Positions 37,901-46,560 of a DNA stretch of 54,750 bases are shown here, one piece after another. Position numbers and translations under genes: made by a program. The DNA lies in the IMG/VR virus record IMGVR_UViG_3300044695_003103, positions 1-54,750 of that record. One strand, 5' to 3'. Under the pieces are notes generated by a model that did no database searches, was not told where the DNA came from, and saw only the letters and a list, made by a program, of their open reading frames with translations. Numbering within the stretch: the first letter of the stretch is position 1; every line of letters begins with the position of its first letter. This DNA comes from a virus. Taxonomy: Duplodnaviria > Caudoviricetes.

Positions 37901-39306
37901 AAGTTATCAAGCTCTATTACATCAGAGTCATATGCCAGTTTAATAGGGTCTGCATCTTGCGCTACAAGTGCTTCTATTTCTTTCCTTATGTTGTCTATTT
38001 GGAATTTAGACTCTGCTATAGTTTTTGAAACTTTAGCGAAATCTTCTTGTGCTTTCTCTGAATCAACTTTAGCTTGATTAAGAATCTCTAATTCTTTTGG
38101 AGCAAAACGAGCTTGTATTTCAGGTTCTGTCTTTTTATAATTAACCTTCGCTTGTATTTGAGATTCTAAATATTTAAGAGCTGGACCATCAGCAGAGAAA
38201 CCATTCTTCAATGCAATCTCTTTTGCTACTTTGTTTATCTTGAAAGCGTCTGCAAACCCTTCTTTATTTACAAAATTCTTCCAATCATTTTCCTTCGTTA
38301 AGTCTTGAGCCAATGCGCTCATTACATTTTTAGCAGGATTTAATGACTGATTTGCAAGTCGTTTGTTTTCTTGATATGCTTTTAAAGAAGATTGATATGC
38401 GGCTTTTTCTTGACTCCTTTGTTGAGGTGTTTTGGGTTCTCCTGTTTTTGCATTGATTGGCATTTCAGACTCGGTTTTCCAAGCCATCATATTCTTTTCA
38501 GCATTTACAGCATTTTGCTGATACGTATCATAATTAACAAGAATAGAACTTTCTGTTGGTCCTGCTGAACTAATCTTTTCAATTACAGTTTGCATACCAA
38601 ACGGGTCTTTTTCTTCTTGGGTTGGAGCTAATACTTGTGGGCCTTTAGCAATAGCTTTTTCTCTTTCTATTACCTGTTGTACATTACTTGGCTTTGCTAC
38701 CCTCTCTTGTCTATTTGTAGACACAACACCTTTTACCGCATCAACCATATGTCCTAAAGACTTATAGCTTGCTTTATTTTGTATTATCTCATTAAGCTGC
38801 TCATTAGATATATCATCAGTTGAAAAGCCATTACTTGATACAACATATCTTGCTTGCGGAAGCGTAATCGTATTAGGAACCTTCTGCGTATAAAGAGAAG
38901 ATGCTGTTTTAAGACCTTGTAATACTAATTGTGTATCCGAAGATCCGATAGGTAAAGGCTTTCCTTCTTGTTGGCTTGGAGCTTGTATTAATCTCTGAAC
39001 TTCCTGTGGCCTCGCTTGTGTCGCTCCCTGTTGGCGAGGCATCTCCTTTCCCAATGGAGGCTCACCTAAAAAAGAACTGAATTCTTCGAATGTACCAAAG
39101 TATCCTTTAGGAGATACGACATCTTCAAAAAAGTCTTTAGAATTATTTTCATCTGAGATAAATGACCTAAAATCATTTTCTGTTGCAAAGTATCCTCCAG
39201 GCTTAACTACATCATTGAAAAATGAACTTACGTTATCTTCTGTAGGAGTTTGAGTTTCAACAACTGTTTCCTCTGATGCTATGGGTTGAGTATTTATTTC
39301 TTCCAT
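28918..39306 (-). CDS. giant polyvalent ejection protein with zincin metallopeptidase and ADP-ribosyltransferase-like domains
   Basis: 3462 aa; HEGAH (34714-34728); VRTNAFKNWFGDW..SKIVDENGEPQV..GT, WFT...YA, QIKSATGN.GTF (ART-PolyVal). Confidence 0.75.
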   Translation of the reverse strand: MEEINTQPIASEETVVETQTPTEDNVSSFFNDVVKPGGYFATENDFRSFISDENNSKDFFEDVVSPKGYFGTFEEFSSFLGEPPLGKEMPRQQGATQARPQEVQRLIQAPSQQEGKPLPIGSSDTQLVLQGLKTASSLYTQKVPNTITLPQARYVVSSNGFSTDDISNEQLNEIIQNKASYKSLGHMVDAVKGVVSTNRQERVAKPSNVQQVIEREKAIAKGPQVLAPTQEEKDPFGMQTVIEKISSAGPTESSILVNYDTYQQNAVNAEKNMMAWKTESEMPINAKTGEPKTPQQRSQEKAAYQSSLKAYQENKRLANQSLNPAKNVMSALAQDLTKENDWKNFVNKEGFADAFKINKVAKEIALKNGFSADGPALKYLESQIQAKVNYKKTEPEIQARFAPKELEILNQAKVDSEKAQEDFAKVSKTIAESKFQIDNIRKEIEALVAQDADPIKLAYDSDVIELDNLLQQAYDVTNQALEANKLMFESGAISQQEAIQKENELIANYEAGVTQNQADKLQLFNSVTDKLNVVNSKYQARFKRQQEEIVRASESAYTNEFNDFVKKYNLDEATTKKLQDAYRISVNETLEVEKQKRLDYEKSIGEGFFKVPEFTKFAKAVFSADGGVLDVTDLAYLIPVNTEVLGISLTNSIGTALESLGNGFGIEPMRVLGKDMANNSDVLAPKEDVSWSSLADWTSLQKSIGNLAGSMLPSMVATAGATALTGGFGLPATMTAGALAGWATESMQMANQVYLDTLKETGDAVKAEQRANNMWDFQKSILFAYGAESLPFVSVFAKGTKTIGRKALVGGATELFTESVIQEFPQTIAEEAIMKDANALKAVGEAYQGVGAYLAKKITGEDINAAEQAAFKKFKTVTIETAPVFLLGAGGQVMSSFREQGVINDAEDVGRGFVQDIRYGRLNDTKTQQFLMRLVTAKGVDFANTMITGLYTAGEIDAKQKDSFANTIAKSESLFETANNQRLNFTERGVFTTLNFQLDNIQQQLETESDPNVIEALNKKSDFVKKQIQDFLITKKTDLMILTLADGSQSFYTPEMVEELSNDRQFLLDFASQNVSLSFLQPQPTSNQKSVADSLTNKLEALMSDERYKAELEKVKASIGEQAAEATAEISEGISTNTSDMFLEGLSSGPIADVETMVSKNETIDGNYMSQVLDNLYNKLDLIEQLNLNDQQKGDLISLTEGLIQKFESYDNIAKGTTVTVTERKASTRPVTDARKVKDQASAIENAGGKKGVLLRPAKRGGGKVSQRVASIDTTTIPIESEVFIVRDNNDDIVGYGFKLPDGNELFVEDPGGGIDLALTQKIEELGAAPQLVEQVFEDVMREVEVAPPTTAKPKTKEDAVQKQTAGQVPVQPGAEVSEAMAQGESKAESQVAAEAGQEGQGEAKPEEEIVLENTPESVSNFIANMMNQREFVYTLDNIDKGIETAKKQGNKKLEKMLKDAKGVMKALGTTNPSITIHYNQGTYTKAWIDAGGKPQDSLNQGFYISKDGSQIHINLPLATSSNLVFHEGAHPVLDWLAENNPEVIDRLFDELSGLKEFLIGVDDVIKFGTDNYTGTQAKKEAIVEFMSRVADGQIKLPPQNTTLFKKIADFINNLLNRIGIDFGVTITDKDSITDVARKFTDSVKQGKKLDVKAADMMGPQAMAKIKESGYGPYDTIFNKPELKNNTNYGWRSMGEGEFNELIVGNKTYEGGSPRQGNWISGNPESASEHSGAGKILVEFGNIDIVGGESMSKGSKADKTNVTKVWKYNNSSKKFEDAPELLEKLRNSEKIEESYQSKLGKTMSDLNNAVNDFYDYELPALKKAFPSDDVFLSYDDYVEYSKYEDVYSLLNPKQKDIIDKINSREEQISNIEDLISKLDEKEITLDNAIKEYNKIKQEKPSDMAVGPQAMAATINQEMQDIVSKAKADGTFMKAPNGQPTKLNEQQWTQVRTNAFKNWFGDWENDPQNASKIVDENGEPQVMFTGTSKDKDFDKFNVPKNGTWFTTDSEEASRYAMENDSMNVKYNPITNKYQDINTASRVIPVFLNIKRPEFFNDAVTKEQREKLRYADNYKKLQGQYFQDIYYRKPLGDRTDGLYYSDNKQIVVVLESPNQIKSATGNIGTFSPESPKIQAMAATGGQNEIEQIQQIIQSIKDFNPDISDQNINDGLLQQGFTQEQINEAKGLPLPQLPNIPIGSLFPDTTAGLLSNTRAVFERIAEKYASEGFLEDAARIRTIGQYEKRTREILEADVKDLLEHFGGAEQAYEFVMNNPINSDIKTMIIAEAVKERLATEKTNPSVDSRVALEDALYDLAIHGTDLGQGVNAYQYIYEQIPELFLQSKIQATISHITDVLGNPDIVGTQSNQIVQVANKARAFRNTFFDDIADFYAGTKTYEQLVGDDSKFDNKVKNAIKVLLNYGQNFDKEALSQLLKGVKEKGIFGMAETREDVKPILVAQINDLNGKLKIPLSEAQVNEFAESLLDFYEGLAFQRLNKEMQLIFQQNPSKSTNKENLKLIKAISYGALNNANAMMKLAQRFNLPTQLTPQQQQTLLTAAQGYTNAQGALAKQQALFRFNQQAAYIQYQNSKGFQRFLKKLKHLTALFESYFYNGILFSLNTFDRAIAGNIQRTSGRLLFSAIRGDMEIIKQSSATAFMPQDYMNEFTYVDSSGVQQTLILENRMNEVFDNVYSSLRGLPRLSEVKRSGLNSVELMIRESNSKGERMAMRTFLVPAGRLMSAFDALTTPLNQTITKRQVYYEFLKELQKTTPSLKSLNKIQLVDLVNQIVEPTGNSVSAAMTQAREDVINGQLYAQLGFTKPDEFPIFDPRVVSLLKPGETISSLTSKNAKIYNEWLYRVREILDTQESVRLQDIASRNGWMTNMPFDAVQVSKNVDYYVSRIASEMVFLATPRGSMGAIATSINNFINTNAVTKGSKYVGLMPLFVNAAFNGIGMMIRVLPIVNAAQLAKYLLTGSRGKYWKTSEREFEIPAAVKLDKQQMIATVATTNIIAAGLYAALEGLYKDDEEEKEAAATFKWTGITNIRITKAQEELGYRPATIYINGVEWFDYKDFAFGPILSAVAFCKNYKIWNFGYRDNKPFYDKEGEYVTLESLKEGENESFKEIIGNYLLFVLTTAGEQSTIRDMTKSVNDLIDVLQPKTTEQDEKRHEGVLQKYGTKKLGGFLKNLIPYQRAQAEIKAIYDSFTGENKKLATDLYTTIALGTMAEDVFIKTDGLDYWGRPVKDKFTLVLPVAGSVTIGEPYPQDRYRSLYLKNNYNPVLNTNEALPIHISRSELMGGADELEKLQNEVKQDMLATGKDKLSFRPLDADLFDPAKDKQIYDYQLDKETVTMINQMTVKFAGKFVDMNIDRLESMDKKTFTKAMDSLYRIGRQVAIYQNLYQSGEIPYEADKQDMYNYVSDMIEGFKKSYTQKEKANLIWPDEFDATLLLGLDANSKIKPENKLKN

Positions 39307-39322
39307 AGCGTAAAGATATTAA

Positions 39323-40843
39323 TTATCTGCTTTGCTTTTTTGCTTCTCTTTCCAGTAACTTGTAATCGTTATAATTCTTTCCAAGGTTTTGTTTTAACCA
39401 TTCTTCCAATGGAGGCAATGTTGTTCCCTTTGGCTTTGCTGCTTCCCTTTGTTGTGTTGGAGCAGCAGGTTTGTTTAGCCTACCAATTTGGGCGTTTAAT
39501 CTACGAACCTCTCCTTCAAGTTGCGCCTTTTCAGCCTTATCAAGAGTATTGTACATCGCATTCACTGTTTGGCTTGGAGGTATTTGTACAGGAACCCCTT
39601 GTGCGCCTTGTGGTATATTAACAGTTCCCCAACCAACTTTATCATAAACTAATTTCCCATCTTTCTTTACAGTGTTTTCTATTTGTTGAGGAACTACTTG
39701 ACCCTTTTTAAAAGGTATCTTTTGCCCTTTATATTCTGCTATGTAATCTGAATTAAATACAGGTGCTACATAAACTGTAGCTGTACTAAATGTAGCAGAG
39801 TTAATTCCAGTGAAATCATCAAATGTTGTTAAATTTATTGTATTTGTTGGTACACCACTAATAGATGATGCATTGGCTACTGTATAAGAAGCCTTTGTCC
39901 TTACTGACAACCCCAAATTTGATGGTCCATAGTTAATGTCTTGGTCGCCTATAAATGCTGTTCCTGGAGCTGTTTCTTTATCGCCTCCGATGTTAATAGT
40001 AAGACCTTTACCTTCACTAACCTTATCTCTTACGTATCTATTCTTTGCATCCTCTTCAAATAAATCTCCAAGATACTTTGCTTTTGTAGCTACATATTCT
40101 TCGGAAGTTGCAGGTATAGGAAGCTTATTAGCTTTCAGATAAACATTGAAATCTCTACTTGTAGATGGCAAATCTATATTTTGACGAACCCAATTTGCTT
40201 TCGCTCCAGGGTCTACTCCGTAATAGGTTATGTTTGTTTTTGCTATTCTTTCTGCTTTTCCTACATCGGGAGTATTGTACACCATCTTATTCTTTAAGAA
40301 AGTATCTAACGATTCGGTTACTGGTTTATAATCAGATATTGGCGCAACAGAAATCCTGTTGTTTTGTGCATCATAGTTTACCAATGTACTACCATTTTGA
40401 GATAATATATTAGCGAATTTAGCAGGGTCTGTTTCTGAATCTATTGCAAATGATTCTTCTTGTGTTAATCCATATTTTGCAGCATTAGCTTTTATTGAAT
40501 CCCAAGATTTTTTAGTTGCAGCCATCTGTTTGATGTTGAATACAGCTTGTGTTGCAGCTTGTGTTACAGTATTAAAATCAGGAGAGTCCTTTTCCGTTTC
40601 AGCATCCATAACTGTTCTGAATGTATTTAGTTCATTCATAACATCTTTTTCATTGATTGGCAATACACTTGATGTTCCTACTTGTCTTATAAAATCATCG
40701 TAAGTACGCTGCAATCGTGCTGCATCTTTTGTAGCTTTATTTAGTGCTGCCTTTTGCTGCGCTGCTTGTTTTGATTTAACAAGCTCAACGTAGTCTTTAG
40801 GTGTTCCTTGAAACGCTAAACCAAGTCCGTATCCTATTGCCAT
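39323..40843 (-). CDS. internal virion/ejection protein
   Basis: position between muzzle and giant protein; helical N-terminus. Confidence 0.5.
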   Translation of the reverse strand: MAIGYGLGLAFQGTPKDYVELVKSKQAAQQKAALNKATKDAARLQRTYDDFIRQVGTSSVLPINEKDVMNELNTFRTVMDAETEKDSPDFNTVTQAATQAVFNIKQMAATKKSWDSIKANAAKYGLTQEESFAIDSETDPAKFANILSQNGSTLVNYDAQNNRISVAPISDYKPVTESLDTFLKNKMVYNTPDVGKAERIAKTNITYYGVDPGAKANWVRQNIDLPSTSRDFNVYLKANKLPIPATSEEYVATKAKYLGDLFEEDAKNRYVRDKVSEGKGLTINIGGDKETAPGTAFIGDQDINYGPSNLGLSVRTKASYTVANASSISGVPTNTINLTTFDDFTGINSATFSTATVYVAPVFNSDYIAEYKGQKIPFKKGQVVPQQIENTVKKDGKLVYDKVGWGTVNIPQGAQGVPVQIPPSQTVNAMYNTLDKAEKAQLEGEVRRLNAQIGRLNKPAAPTQQREAAKPKGTTLPPLEEWLKQNLGKNYNDYKLLEREAKKQSR

Positions 40844-40856
40844 CTTTGTTTTAGTT

Positions 40857-41705
40857 TTAAGCTGCTGGGTTATAATTCAATGCTTGATTTAGATTGAAGA
40901 AACTACCAAGATTTGTAAGTCCTGAACGCATTGCTCCTCCATATGCTTCTTGCTCTCTTGCGTAGTTCTGTTGAGCTAACTGCGTATTTGCATCTGCAAG
41001 TCTTTGGCGTGTTCCATACAATTGATTACGAATACCAACTTTCTGCTGTTGTGCTGCGAAGTCTTGTGCTGCAAGCTGATTACCTGCCATTAATCTGTTA
41101 TAAGTATTAGCACCAAAAATAGACCTTGACAAATTACCACCCGCCATAGAACGAGCATTAAATAGCTGTGTATTTTGTGCCTCTCTCGCTTGTTGATTTG
41201 CAAGTGCTATTTGCTGTGCGCCAAGACCATATTGGGCAGCTTGTTCAGCTTCTCCAATAGCCTTTGCCATTTCAGGAGTTTCCTTATATCCTTCAGGTCT
41301 TTTTGAACGAGCAAGACCAATTGCACCAACAATTGTTTGCAATCCTCCAAGAGCAAGACTACCAGCCGCTAAGTATGGGTTTGCTTTGGATGCTACATTT
41401 GTAACTGTTTTCAATAATCCACCTCCTGATGGCATTTCATCTTGATTAGCCAATGTTGCACCTTTCATAAAGTTCTCATATCCAGGTTTCATTGAAGTTC
41501 CAGACAAACTAAATTGAGATGGTATTGGTGGTAGAGTGGGGGCCGATTGCTGTATTGGATTTGGCTGAGAATAAGACTTACCATAGTTTGGATTGAATCC
41601 TGCTAAAGAGTCATTCTGAGGGAAGAACTGACTAAGATTAGGAGCATTGAAATATCCACCCTTATTCGGACCTCCTATAATTAAATTTCCAAATTCATCG
41701 TACAT
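40857..41705 (-). CDS. internal virion/ejection protein
   Basis: Gly/Ala-rich hydrophobic segment and Gln/Ala-rich helices. Confidence 0.55.
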   Translation of the reverse strand: MYDEFGNLIIGGPNKGGYFNAPNLSQFFPQNDSLAGFNPNYGKSYSQPNPIQQSAPTLPPIPSQFSLSGTSMKPGYENFMKGATLANQDEMPSGGGLLKTVTNVASKANPYLAAGSLALGGLQTIVGAIGLARSKRPEGYKETPEMAKAIGEAEQAAQYGLGAQQIALANQQAREAQNTQLFNARSMAGGNLSRSIFGANTYNRLMAGNQLAAQDFAAQQQKVGIRNQLYGTRQRLADANTQLAQQNYAREQEAYGGAMRSGLTNLGSFFNLNQALNYNPAA

Positions 41706-41708
41706 ATC

Positions 41709-44700
41709 TTATGGATTTTTTACGTTTCGTTGTCCTGTTCTTATAGGTACAAAAATATCGTTTATTTTTTGATATTCTCTCGCCTTAAAGAAGGTTTTTA
41801 GTTTGAGCCACAACCCCTTCATTGGGGCAGAACGCTTGTCAGTTTCTCCTGCTTGGTTAACAGAGTTCTTGATTGTAGAGAACGCGATGTTCTCACGCAT
41901 CCTAAATTCATCTCTGTTCAAGAAGGTATACCTATCATCAATTCCTTCTTCCGAAATGAATTGAGTACGCATCTCAACTTTGTATGGCTTGAATGTTGAA
42001 TTATAACCAAGCGCAACAAACTTCTTGAGAATTGATGGCTCTTGATTGATTACGTACTCAGTGTAACCTTCATGCTCTTCGTCATAGAAAACCAAAGGCT
42101 CTCCTTGTCGCATTAAGTAGAACTTATTAGATTCTCCATCATGCGGTTTTGGACTGAAGTATCTATCGAAGTGAGTGGCGTAAATCTTAGGGTAGAATGT
42201 TTGGAAATGCGTGAATCTGTTACGTGCCTCGTTAAATGCAATAGTGAAAACAGAGTAGTAGTTTATATCGTCAAACTCAATCTTTCTCCAAAACAATTCT
42301 GCGCCTGGCTCATCAGGAGGTATTTGTAAATCTTGAGCAAATACTATATTGGCTATGCACAGATAAAGAATCGGAACGCCATATTGCTCTTTATACCTAA
42401 CAAGAGTTCCTGTAAAATAACGGGCAGCATTAGGACTCCACTCAACACTATCCTTCCATCCCCTAACTGTTATAATAAAGTTCTTTCCTACATCATCCCA
42501 AACAGCGTGAATACCTTGTTCATCAGCAGGAGTAAACTTATCCTTCACGAATCTCATGTGATCTCTCAAATACGTATCCATGAAAGACCTTTCGGTGAGG
42601 TTTACAGTGCCATCTCTGCCAGCTCTCAATACAACAAAGAAGTCTGAATTAACCCAACAACGAACATCCGTACCGGCATCAGTAAGACCTCTTGCATAAG
42701 ACCATTTGTGTTTCGAACCTAATTGAGTTAAGCGAATACCGGGTCTGCTTAGTACAGATGAATCACCAATAATAACCTGTCCACTATCTACTGTTGCAAG
42801 CTGACCTGTTGAGTTTAAGAACTCTCTTGTGTAGCAAAGCTCCTGCAATGTAAATAGTTCGCCTTGCTTTAAGTCCATATGGACTATCGCTCCAAAGTTA
42901 TTTGGGTTATCCCTGAACTGACCAGGAGGGAAAAGGCGATAGAAGTCTTTTACAGAACTATTTGGCTTTAACTCAGAGTATATAATCCGTGTTGGGAATG
43001 TTGTTCGGGTTATAAGTTCAGGGTCAAAAGAAGGAACTAATTGTTGGTTCTTTATTTCTAAGTATCCGCTATTGTCTGTATAATATTCAGCCTCTGAAAG
43101 TGTTTTTACGGCCCAAACTGTCCAATCAGAAATTTGTTGAGGATATATTCTTGCTCCTAAACTTGGAGTCAATGTTCTTAATTGGGTGTTTATACGGTTT
43201 TGAGTTACCATTAACCATGATGCAGAACCGCCTTTTGCATTTCCGCCATTACTACCATCGTAATCTGAAAAATATTCCTTTTTAAAATAAGAGCCTTGTA
43301 CATAAACATCGCCTCCATAAACTATTTGAGATGTTTCTCCATTATTTATAACATAATTTGTGCTTAATATATTATTGCTTGAACTTCTTGTTCCATATTT
43401 ATTAAGCCTTTTTCTATACTGCAAACTAAAATAAACTCCGAAATCTACAGAATCTAAAAAATCCGCAAAAGAAGAATTACCGTCAATCCTATATCTTAAT
43501 GCTACATCTATACCATATCTTTCGTCTGTAGGATCTTCTACATAAAATATAGGAGAGCCAAGTTGTCTACCATATTGGACTGGCGCAAAATTAATAGTTG
43601 GATCATTTATTCGTTGTAGTGTGTACTGATAAGTTCCGGATGGCGGAGCTTTTTTCAAATATTCCTTGCTATTAATTGTTACATTGCTGTTTATATTTGA
43701 TGATATAGCTTCGTTTATATCATATATAAATGATTTATCAAAGGAAGAGCTTGGCCCATTTTTATATAATCTCAAATAATTATCTTCATTATTTGTGCCA
43801 GGTCCACCAGAAAAAAATCTGCCTTCAAATGTAGGTACAGAATATCCTAAAACAATCAACTTATCTCCTAATACAAATGAGTATAGGCTTGGCGTATATA
43901 GGTAATCGGGAGAATAAAACGAACAATAACTTCTGTCGTTGTATGTTTCATCAAAAGAATAAAGTTGATTTGACGAAGTTGTAGTATAAGTACCTCCATA
44001 GTTGGAGTTTTGTTTTATTGAAAAAGGATAATCAAGTATTTGAGTATCTGATATGACATTACCTACCGGAAATGGATTACTTCCCTCAAAAACGGGATTT
44101 GCCTTTTTCGCAGCCATGTTTACATACCCACTCGCCATTACCTCGTCTATCCTTTCTGCTCTGTAAACAAAGACTCTTTTTATAAGGTCTTTTACTTTAA
44201 TTCCATCTATTGAATACTCCCAATTTATATTTTTAAGTTCTATACCCCATTGATACCGAAATCTACCTCCATCAGAATCTTCTGTTAAATGATATGATGT
44301 CAATTCATCTCCACTAAAATCTCTTCGGTTATATCCATTTGTAGTTAAGAATCTAAAATCATCATCAGTTCCAAATGAATCTGAATAATCTTGTTGGGTA
44401 ACAAAACGTACATCAAAACAAAAGAATGCATCAGTAAAACCTCCTTCTATGTATTCAGCAACAATGTAAAAACGATACCACTCATAAAGCTGATAACCAA
44501 CCGGCCTGTCTATGCCACCATAATTTTGACTTGGACTTGCAAAACCTAAATAATTTTCACCTAAAGCATCAGAATAAACCCCTTGTCGCTTAATGCTATA
44601 TTTGAAGGTATCAACCCATTCAGCTATATCAACATTCTGAGTAGTTACAAAGTTTGATATAAGTAATCTGTTTTCACCTATAACATTATTGTAAGCCTTT

Positions 44701-46559
44701 AGAATTGTTTCTTTAACTGGATTGAGTTTTCCAAGTGTGAATTCTCTAATATCGCCTTCGTTTCCGCTATGCTCTAAATTTACTGTTACATCCTCTGGTC
44801 CAAGAAGAGTTCTTGAAATAGTAAGAGTCTGAGTAGATGTTAATGTCGTATTGTCTTGACCATCAATAATTACACAAATCAAATCAATATACTTAAAAAC
44901 TCCAGCAGGTATCCCATCAACTTGTATCCTGTTTATTTTATTTGTTGATGCATAAATGGAACTATTACCATATTCTCCATAAATCATAGCACCATCTTCA
45001 TAAGCAGGAGGATAAACACGAATCAATCCTGAAAGCTCGCTTATCTCTGTTTCGGTTTCTGACTCTGTAACTAATACAACACCATATCTATAACTTCCTG
45101 AATAAAGGCTTCCTCCTCCTTGAAGCTGATCTAATATTGTTATTTGAATATTGGAACTATTGTTCTGTTGAAGAATTATTTGTTGAGCAAGTATTTCATA
45201 CTCATACTGACCATTAGGATTATATGCTTGTATTGCGCTATCCGTTTCTATTGGGTCCTTAAAGTATGTTACTCTTGGTCGATTAAGAAAGTCGTTGTAG
45301 TATAAGGAATATACATTATTAAAGAACTCTATGTCAAGGTCTATTTGGTGTTTAGTAATCCAATTAAGTTGCTTTGACCTTAATGGTATTTTGTATGTGA
45401 ATTTATTTAATTGAACATCATATGTCTGTACAACAAATAATCCGACTCCATCAACATCTGTATAAATCTCTGCTGTTGCTTTTATTGGTACAGTTGGTAG
45501 ATTTAATCCAGATGGATAGTTTGATGCTGCGAGATAAAATGTGGTTTCGTCAACAACTCTGATAACCCATTGTCCATTATATGCAGAAAATGGGGCAGAC
45601 ATATTCGCCATTATCACAGATTGGTAATCAACTAATCCATGCGTAACAGGGAATGTATTAACCCAAAGTTTAAAAGCGCCATCTCCTGTAGTGTTTATAT
45701 TCACATACATTTGTAAGCCACTTCCTGTATTGATTTTGGACTTCTCTTTTGTTTTAGTTGTCCAACACATAAAGAGCTTACTATTGTTCTCTTTACTTCC
45801 AATTAGGTGTGGCTTACCTGCTGCTGATGCGGAATATGCTTCTTGAATTATTCTTGTTCTAAGAGGATCGTACTCTGTAAATGCAGCAACGATAGGCGTT
45901 CCTACTCTATTTGTATTATTTACAGCAACGACACCACCTCCGCCCGAACTAATTCTTCCAGGAGTTCCAGTGCTTGAACCTCCTCCTGTTGAGCCTCCTG
46001 TTGAGCCTCCACCGCCTACAGGTATTTTACTTAAATCTCCAAAGCCAGGTACTAATTCAAATATATATGAATCATATTCGAATGTAAATTGAACATCGAA
46101 GTACCCTTCAGGATATAAATCATCACCTAATGGGTTTCCACCAACTACGCTTCCAACAGAAAGACCTTGCCCCCAAATTGTTGATGCCAAAACAGATTGT
46201 ACGGCATTTTTGATTCCATTGAAGTTAGATATAACGTAGCTATTCTCAGTTAAATAAGAGTTTCTAATCAAGAATCCATTGTTATTATACAATGACATTC
46301 TAATAAAATTGTATTGCTGATTTTGTAAGTCAGCAAGACTATTGAAAACTCTTATCTTTTGTGCTTGCTTCTGAAGGTCAGGTAAACTATAAGCTAAAGT
46401 GTTTCCTAATGATGGGGTATCCGAACCCGTAGTTCCATCGTTGTTTCTTTCTACGTTTACGCAATCGGGATAATTTCCACCATTCAAATAGTTAACATCG
46501 GTGTCTGAATCCAAACCACCTCTCATATCTTTATTAACTCCAACGGTAATATCAGGCAT
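41709..46559 (-). CDS. tail muzzle/stabilisation protein (crAss-like, P22 gp10-like)
   Basis: GGLDSDTD N-terminus, GSYRYGV, EWYRFYIV, PTRIIYS, FGAI, FTIAFNE..RF..F. Confidence 0.75.
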   Translation of the reverse strand: MPDITVGVNKDMRGGLDSDTDVNYLNGGNYPDCVNVERNNDGTTGSDTPSLGNTLAYSLPDLQKQAQKIRVFNSLADLQNQQYNFIRMSLYNNNGFLIRNSYLTENSYVISNFNGIKNAVQSVLASTIWGQGLSVGSVVGGNPLGDDLYPEGYFDVQFTFEYDSYIFELVPGFGDLSKIPVGGGGSTGGSTGGGSSTGTPGRISSGGGGVVAVNNTNRVGTPIVAAFTEYDPLRTRIIQEAYSASAAGKPHLIGSKENNSKLFMCWTTKTKEKSKINTGSGLQMYVNINTTGDGAFKLWVNTFPVTHGLVDYQSVIMANMSAPFSAYNGQWVIRVVDETTFYLAASNYPSGLNLPTVPIKATAEIYTDVDGVGLFVVQTYDVQLNKFTYKIPLRSKQLNWITKHQIDLDIEFFNNVYSLYYNDFLNRPRVTYFKDPIETDSAIQAYNPNGQYEYEILAQQIILQQNNSSNIQITILDQLQGGGSLYSGSYRYGVVLVTESETETEISELSGLIRVYPPAYEDGAMIYGEYGNSSIYASTNKINRIQVDGIPAGVFKYIDLICVIIDGQDNTTLTSTQTLTISRTLLGPEDVTVNLEHSGNEGDIREFTLGKLNPVKETILKAYNNVIGENRLLISNFVTTQNVDIAEWVDTFKYSIKRQGVYSDALGENYLGFASPSQNYGGIDRPVGYQLYEWYRFYIVAEYIEGGFTDAFFCFDVRFVTQQDYSDSFGTDDDFRFLTTNGYNRRDFSGDELTSYHLTEDSDGGRFRYQWGIELKNINWEYSIDGIKVKDLIKRVFVYRAERIDEVMASGYVNMAAKKANPVFEGSNPFPVGNVISDTQILDYPFSIKQNSNYGGTYTTTSSNQLYSFDETYNDRSYCSFYSPDYLYTPSLYSFVLGDKLIVLGYSVPTFEGRFFSGGPGTNNEDNYLRLYKNGPSSSFDKSFIYDINEAISSNINSNVTINSKEYLKKAPPSGTYQYTLQRINDPTINFAPVQYGRQLGSPIFYVEDPTDERYGIDVALRYRIDGNSSFADFLDSVDFGVYFSLQYRKRLNKYGTRSSSNNILSTNYVINNGETSQIVYGGDVYVQGSYFKKEYFSDYDGSNGGNAKGGSASWLMVTQNRINTQLRTLTPSLGARIYPQQISDWTVWAVKTLSEAEYYTDNSGYLEIKNQQLVPSFDPELITRTTFPTRIIYSELKPNSSVKDFYRLFPPGQFRDNPNNFGAIVHMDLKQGELFTLQELCYTREFLNSTGQLATVDSGQVIIGDSSVLSRPGIRLTQLGSKHKWSYARGLTDAGTDVRCWVNSDFFVVLRAGRDGTVNLTERSFMDTYLRDHMRFVKDKFTPADEQGIHAVWDDVGKNFIITVRGWKDSVEWSPNAARYFTGTLVRYKEQYGVPILYLCIANIVFAQDLQIPPDEPGAELFWRKIEFDDINYYSVFTIAFNEARNRFTHFQTFYPKIYATHFDRYFSPKPHDGESNKFYLMRQGEPLVFYDEEHEGYTEYVINQEPSILKKFVALGYNSTFKPYKVEMRTQFISEEGIDDRYTFLNRDEFRMRENIAFSTIKNSVNQAGETDKRSAPMKGLWLKLKTFFKAREYQKINDIFVPIRTGQRNVKNP

Positions 46560-46560
46560 A

